This document shows positions 32,848 to 38,664 of a DNA stretch of 38,664 bases, one piece after another (the stretch's first letter is position 1; the number at the start of each line of letters is the position of its first letter). Under the pieces are notes generated by a model. That model worked only from the letters and a program-made list of their open reading frames with translations, searched no databases and was not told the origin of the DNA. A program made the position numbers and the translations under genes. The DNA comes from Octopus sinensis (Eukaryota). The stretch is from positions 1-38,664 of the forward strand of contig NW_021835499.1 in assembly GCF_006345805.1 (NCBI RefSeq). Direction: 5' to 3'.

Positions 32848-33544
32848 TTAAACTGCCTGTGCCTTGTCCTACCCCTCGATGTTGAGAATTATTTAATAAT
32901 TCAGTTTTTCAATGCAGAAAAATATTTCTGCTAAAAATAGGAACTTTCTAACTACAAATATAAAGCATTATTTCATATAATAAATTTACACAATAGTTTT
33001 TTTTTCTTGCTTTGATTAGACTCCTAAAGTAATCAAAGCTAAACAGAACTTAATATTTATGGATTTATTAATAATCGAAATAAAGTTTTGATATTGTGTG
33101 AAAAAATTGGTCTTGGTAAAAAAAGACTTGGTCTTGGTAAAAAAAACTTCTCTGAAAATACAAGAAAAATAAAAAGGCTATAAGGAGTCGTATGGGATGC
33201 CGAAACCAAAATTTTGCCTTTTCTTTATAGATTCTTGAAAGGATGAAAGACAAAGTTGACCTTCGCAGGATTTGAACTCGGCATACTGAGGGAACAAATC
33301 CTGCATGACATTTTATTGGATCCAGATAATTTACCTCATTGTTTATCATTAAGGTAGGCCATGGTGGGATTTGAATTTGGAACATTAAAAAGCAGAACTA
33401 AATAATCTTTTCTACTTTGGTTACGAGGCCTGAAATTTTCAGGAAGGGGGCAGATCAATTATATGGACCCTATTGCTTAACTCAGTGGTTCTCAACCAGG
33501 GTCCATATAAGGTGTTGTTATTAAAATTTATCTGCAATAAATTG

Positions 33545-33750
33545 CTTGGCTCAGTGGTTAGAGTGTCAGGCTTGCAATCATGAGGTAGTGAGTTCGATTC
33601 TTGGACTGGGCTGTGTTGAGCAAGACACTTTATTTCACATTGCTCCAGTTCACTCGGCTGTAGAAATTAGATGCAACTTCTCTGGCGCCAAGCTGTATTG
33701 ACCTTTGCCTTTCCTTTGGATAACATTAGTGGCATGGAGAAGGGAGGCTA
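33545..33750 (+). mobile_element. tRNA-derived SINE, family 3
   Basis: TGGCTCAGTGGTTAGAG..GAGTTCGATTC; homologous to 10017. Confidence 0.75.
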
Positions 33751-34013
33751 GTATCTATGTTTGTTCTTTCTCGAGTCATGCCTGGCTCATAAGGGCTGGT
33801 TTCCCGGTCTCTTGGCATATAGGTTTCCCACCTGGACAGGACACCGGTCTGTCGCAGGTGAGCTGCAAGATGCAGGAGAAAAGAGTGAGAGGAAGTTGTG
33901 GCATAAGAGTCAGCAGTTCTTTTTAATGTTCCAAATTCAAATCCCACCATGGCCTACCTTAATGATAAACAATGAGGTAAATTATCTGAGTCGGATGTCC
34001 TATTATAGCCATC

Positions 34014-34042
<29 letters not shown>

Positions 34043-34052
<10 letters not shown>

Positions 34053-34300
34053 TATTAGAGACAAAACCACTATTTTGCAAAACAAACAAGGAAAGACAAG
34101 AAACGATTGTAGTGGCGGTTTTTTTGACTATTTATTAAAATTTTATGTATTGATTAAGTCTTTCCTTGTTTCTTTTGCAAAATAGTGGTTTTGTCTCTAA
34201 TAATATTTTATAATATTTTACTATAAAATTGGATTTAATCCTAAATCTGATTTTTTTCCCTGTAAATTTGGATTTATTCCCTAATATTTATTATTATTAT
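34043..34300. repeat. Fold-back element (~55-bp arms, 34043-34212) plus tail, in (TA)n
   Basis: TATAAAATATTATTAGAGACAAAACCACTATTTTGCAAAA is inverted at 34158-34212; tail shared with 1180-1250. Confidence 0.85.
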
Positions 34301-35149
34301 ATATATATATATATATATAGGGAAATGTGTTGTTGAAAATGCAGATAAATTCAAAAACACGTAATTGTTTAAAATACATTTATTTTCAATGGTTAGAATT
34401 ATTTACTTTAATAAAATAAAATAATTTATTTAGAAAGGTTAAACAACAATTTGGGAAGACGATAGTCGATACACAGTAGGATGGAATGTCGGAGTCGTGA
34501 TCAGTGTGTAAGGACTGCTTCTTTGTTGATAGCCATTATGTTTACATGAAAGAACGATGGTTGAAGTGGTGAAGAAAACATTTATCTACCGTTATGTTGA
34601 AAATACCTTACCTTGTCAGGTAAGTTATAAAATTTGAGAGCATGTGAAAGAAAGTTAGATGTGGTAGAATTTTTCTTTGTACAATTTTGTGTACATGTTC
34701 TCTTAGCAGTAAGCCACTGATAGCAATAGAATGATTTTGTTAGGGAACAGATGTAGAGCTAGTGAAAGTGGTAGGGTTGTGGGATGTTGTCTCACAGTTG
34801 CTGACATTAAATTTCATTTCTCTTCCAGACCATTGTCTTTAGTAGCTGCCATGATTGGGATCATGGTTCTAGCGTTCCGCTCCCTAACTCATGGTAGCTG
34901 TCTCTGACTTGGTTGAGTTGTCACGAGCCAACTGACCAACTGTCTTTTTGCTTGAGGTTCTTGCTTTTATAACTATCCAGGATAGACCTATCGTTGAGAA
35001 CAATGTCCTTTGTTGGTGGTACTGTGATATCTCTATTCTAGCTTTTGGTGAAGTAGAAGAGGTTAGAAAGGGTCAAGTGGTGAAGACATTATTTTGGCCT
35101 AGCTAAAGGCATCTGGAAAATGTAAAACTGCTGTCAGAGAGAAACCATT

Positions 35150-35420
35150 GTTCCATCATCATCATCACCATCATATAACGTCCGTTTTCCATGCTAGCAT
35201 GGGTTGGACAGTTCAACCAGGGTCCAGGAAGCCAGGAGGCTGCACCAGGCTCCAGTCTGATCTGGCAGTGTTTCTACAGCTGGATGCCCTTCCTAACAAC
35301 AACCACTCCGTGAGTGTAGTGGGTGTTTTTATGTGCCACTGGCACAGGGCCAATGAGGCCGGCAACGGCCACAATTGGTTGGTGTTTTTTACGTGCCACC
35401 AGTACAGAAGTCAGTCAAGG
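35150..35420 (-). mobile_element. RTE-LINE 3' tail fragment
   Basis: (CAT)n followed by CGTCCGTTTTCCATGCTAGCATGGGTTGG, the reverse complement of the LINE end. Confidence 0.8.
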
Positions 35421-36154
35421 ATGACTGTGGTACTGCTACGCCAGCCATTGGGTATGACTCCATCATGAGCTACCTGGTTTACAATTTGGGTGACCAGACA
35501 ATAGCCCACGCCACAAGATGTTTTAAGCATCTCAGCAGTGAATCCTGATGGCCTCATCTGATTTTTGATTTGTTAAAATACTAAATACTGGTGACTTTTT
35601 TTCGGTGGTCAAGCTTGTCGTTCTGCTTGATTGGCTTCCCTGTGGAAGTTAAGCTAGTTTGACCTATGTAGTCCCCACCACACCCTCCACATTTGAGAAA
35701 ATAGATTAAGTTCTTCAAAGCACATTATGGTAAAAATTTGACTTGATTTAAATTTGTATGTTGAGCCCTCAAAGGGTAAGATGCAAGTTCCACAGTTGGG
35801 GCCGTTGTACTTTTTGACTTGTAATTTTTTTTCAAGTTCTTGGAGTCGCTTTTCTCAGGTTTTAGGGATTTGATGCCATCGTGCAAATTATGGGGCACAA
35901 AAGAAAAAGCACCAACCAATCCTTTCTTGCATGCTATACCAATTTTTTCTACATTCTCCATAGGCTAATTATGATGAGAGCAAAAAGCATGACTCCAGCA
36001 AAGAAGAATATGCAAAGGCTTATTGCTACACGCGCGCCATTGCTGAGTCCTTCTGATGTAGCAACTTTAAAATCTTTTGTTCTTTCATTATCTGCAAAAA
36101 ATGAACAGTAAAGCATATATCTTTTGTTTTTGATAAAAAAAAAAATTGTAATAT

Positions 36155-36697
36155 TTAGCCACATACCGAAGTTTAGAAATAGCAGCCATAGAACCTTAGC
36201 TATTTCTTCTACTCTGGTATCCTTATCCCGTCCATACATTTGATTTTGCCTCTCTTCAAGACTAACACACCACACTTCCTCAGTCCGAACTCCATTCTGA
36301 TATCAGCACTGAAGGTAAATACTGTATCAACGAGGGAACTGACTTGGCTTCATAAAGTTTGAGGTCATCCATGAATAACAAATGGTTGACTTTTTGTTGG
36401 TAGCTTTCGAATACACACCCAGCTTTTGCTTTCCTCAGAATCAGTGTTAGTGGTATCAAGCACATTACAAAGATCAGTGGGGGCAGACAGTCTGTTTGGA
36501 AGATGCCCCTCCCGATATCTACTGTCTGTAAACTTCTTCCATATGCTATCAGGTTCGTCCTCCCATTTGCCATACTTTTTCCAAGCAATCGCTCAACATT
36601 TGATGCAACCCTTCTGCTCACATGGCAGGACTCCATCTTTTCTTTTCCAGATGTTTGTACATTGACTCTGCAAGTATTCCAGTCAATAATTTCCACA

Positions 36698-36698
<1 letters not shown>
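36155..36698 (-). mobile_element. R4/Dong-clade LINE RT fragment joined to a 3' end, adjacent to (TAA)n
   Basis: GRGIFQTDCLPPLIFVMCLIPLTLILRK..NHLLFMDDLKLY..DIRMEFGLRKCGVLVLKRG. (TAA)n at 36699-36735 on its 5' side. Confidence 0.8.
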
Positions 36699-36735
<37 letters not shown>

Positions 36736-36736
<1 letters not shown>

Positions 36737-36935
36737 GGCGGTGAGCTGGTAGAATTGTTAGCACACTGGACAAGATGCATTTTTGTCCATTGCTATGTTC
36801 CGAGTTCAAATTCTGCCGAGGTTGACTTTGCCTTTAATACTTTCAAGGTCAATAAAATAAGTACCAGTTGAACACTGGGGTCGATGTAATCAACTCATTC
36901 ATACCTCCCCTAAGCTGCTCTTGTGGAATAATTTG
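36736..36935 (+). mobile_element. tRNA-derived SINE, family 2
   Basis: GGCGGTGAGCTGGTAGAATTGTTAGC..GAGTTCAAATTC. Confidence 0.8.
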
Positions 36936-37048
36936 AAATAAAAATACTAATTATAATCATTATTATTATGAACTTGAGGTTGTTTCCTGGCAGAATTGTT
37001 ACTGCACCAGAAAATATATTCAATAGTACCAGCCAAATAGACTCAAAT

Positions 37049-37065
37049 TTATGTAATCAAGGAAC
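37049..37065 (-). CDS. Candidate short terminal exon of paralog B ((G)SLIT*)
   Basis: TTTCAG| acceptor 71 nt after the donor and phase-1 compatible, but two alternative AGs lie 6 and 13 nt upstream. Confidence 0.35.
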
Positions 37066-37136
37066 CTGAAACTGATGACTGTGCATGAATTAGAAAGAAT
37101 TATTATTGTTATTATTAGCAGAAGTCACTTCCTTAC

Positions 37137-37388
37137 CTTCTTTCCCAAGAGTAATAGTTGCATTACAGGAGTTCTTGTCATAGAATCTCCAAAACAAATC
37201 CCCTCTCGTTATATTCTCGATGTAGAGAGTAGAAGTTCTATGAATCTGCCTAACTGCATATGTGTCATTCTCGCAATATTCCTTATTGCACTCGATAGTA
37301 CGGACCTTATTTCTCCAGACCACAGGCCTTTCCATATAGGGCATATCTTTAACCTCAAGATAGATACATTGTCCGAGCACAGGGTTTC
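37137..37388 (-). CDS. Ig-like domain exon of paralog B (252 nt, phase 1-1)
   Basis: TTTATTGCAG|GA acceptor, GAAG|GTAAGG donor. NPVLGQCIYL..PVVWRN..TSTLYIENITRGDLFWRF; 27/83 identical to paralog A ungapped. Confidence 0.88.
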
Positions 37389-37703
37389 CTGCAATAAATA
37401 TATGAATCATTATTATTGACTAGTTTCCCATATGAAAGATTTCAGGATTCATTTTTATCATCATCATTGTTTCAACACCTACTTTTACATATCTGGAATC
37501 AGAGTTTTCTTTATATAAAGATTTGAGACACTTCCTCTCGTGATATCACAGGTGATTGTATAACAAAGAGCCAGGACATTAAATAATGACGGTCATGGTA
37601 GGTGAACTTCAAGTAAAATTGTATGAGTTAAGAGAAAAAAATAAAAAAACAGAACTGAAAAGATAGTGTCTAGTTTAAGATGAGAAAAAGGTACTCCACT
37701 TAC

Positions 37704-37745
37704 CTTTCAAAATACCTATTTTGTACTCTTTTTTACATTGCCAAC
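37704..37745 (-). CDS. Micro-exon of paralog B (42 nt, phase 1-1; xWQCKKEYKIGILK-G)
   Basis: TTTGAATAG| acceptor, AAAG|GTAAGT donor, in frame with the 252-nt exon. The signal exon is expected beyond the window end. Confidence 0.8.
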
Positions 37746-37797
37746 CTATTCAAATAGAAAACAAAAATATTTTCAGATTTTAAATTTTTGATTACTC

Positions 37798-37985
37798 TTT
37801 ACTCTTTTACTTGTTTCAGTCATTTGACTGCGGCCATGCTGGAGCACCGCCTTTATTCTTTGTAAGCCCAGTACTTATTCTATCGGTCTCTTTTGCCGAA
37901 CCGCTAAGTAACGGGGACGTAAACACACCAGCATCATGTGGTTGGTAAGCAAGCTACTTACCACACAGCCACTCCTGCGCCTATA
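37798..37985 (-). mobile_element. Internally deleted family-1 SINE in paralog B intron (absent from A)
   Basis: TTTTACTTGTTTCAGTCATTTGACTGCGGCC..CACACAGCCACTCC. Confidence 0.8.
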
Positions 37986-38014
37986 ACAAAGATTATTATT
38001 TTTTTTTACAAGAT

Positions 38015-38664
38015 CATCATCATCATTTAACATCTGCTTTTCATACAAGAATGGTTTGGAGGGATTGACCAGAGCTACCAAAGGGGGGAGCTGCACCAGG
38101 CCCCAATTGTCAGATTTAGCATGGTTTCTATAACTGGATGCCCTCCCTAACATAACCCCTTTACTGAGAGTGCTGGGTGCTTTCCTCTGGTGCCCAAACA
38201 CATGGCATAGGCATGTGTGCTTTTTACAAGGTATCAGCACAGAACTCTTGCAGGCCAATCTTCTTCACCAGGGAGACTGCCATTAACACTTCTGCTGTGG
38301 AGTATGAGGTCTTCTTAGGTCCATCGATGGGCTAGGCATCTTGGTCTTACTGTCTGAAAGGTTCAGCATCCTGATGTAATCCTTCAGTACTTCGTTCCAT
38401 GTCCTCCTGGCTATCCAAATTTCATGTGTTCCACCTAATTTGAGAGATTGGCTCATCTTCATAGAGCTATCAGCATCCATCTGCATCACTTGCCCAAATC
38501 AGTGTTGTCTGCTTTCTTACACATTGCATCTAATTCCTCTTATGCCTTACTTCTCTCTCAATACACTAGACTCTGTCAAACACGAACCCATACATTACAC
38601 ATCCAGCAGAGCATACTAGCCTCATACCTCTCTAACCTTCACATATCATCTGCATTAATGGACC
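38015..38664 (-). mobile_element. Old RTE-LINE 3' part in paralog B intron; counterpart in A at ~19675-19985
   Basis: DM*RLERYEASMLCWMCNV matches the LINE's DMRKLARNEASMLRWMCNV. CTTGCAGGCCAATCTTCTTCA is shared with 19863. Confidence 0.8.

Noticed and set aside
33483-33500. hAT-Charlie MITE from CAGTGGTTCTCAACC
   Set aside because: Only one terminus is seen; no matching TIR or TSD.
34437-34625. Plus-strand exon ending at TCAG|GTAAGT (34620)
   Set aside because: All three frames from the nearest acceptor hit stops.

Overview
AT-rich, microsatellite- and transposon-dense eukaryotic genomic DNA, most likely an octopus (coleoid cephalopod). That assignment is inferred from the tRNA-derived SINE families and the repeat style, not proven. 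Three spliced host genes are readable. (1) The 3' part of a + strand ependymin-related (EPDR) gene, with exons 3586-3762, 7111-7211 and 9275-9340 and a poly(A) signal at 9434. (2, 3) Two tandem - strand paralogs (A at ~18965-20640, B at ~37049->37745) encoding a small, probably secreted or surface, Ig-like protein. Their 252-nt domain exons share only ~33% amino-acid identity (27/83), while their introns contain long identical stretches, a pattern suggesting diversifying selection. The rest is mostly mobile DNA: a TSD-flanked, 5'-truncated RTE-clade LINE whose RT carries an embedded C4HC3 (PHD-like) finger; older RTE and R4/Dong fragments; mariner, hAT, piggyBac and Helitron derivatives; a Gypsy-type LTR; MITEs; Penelope-like remnants with a type I hammerhead ribozyme motif; many SINEs; and a 95-bp satellite built from a transposon end. 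All calls were read by eye; no database searches were run, and repeat boundaries are approximate.
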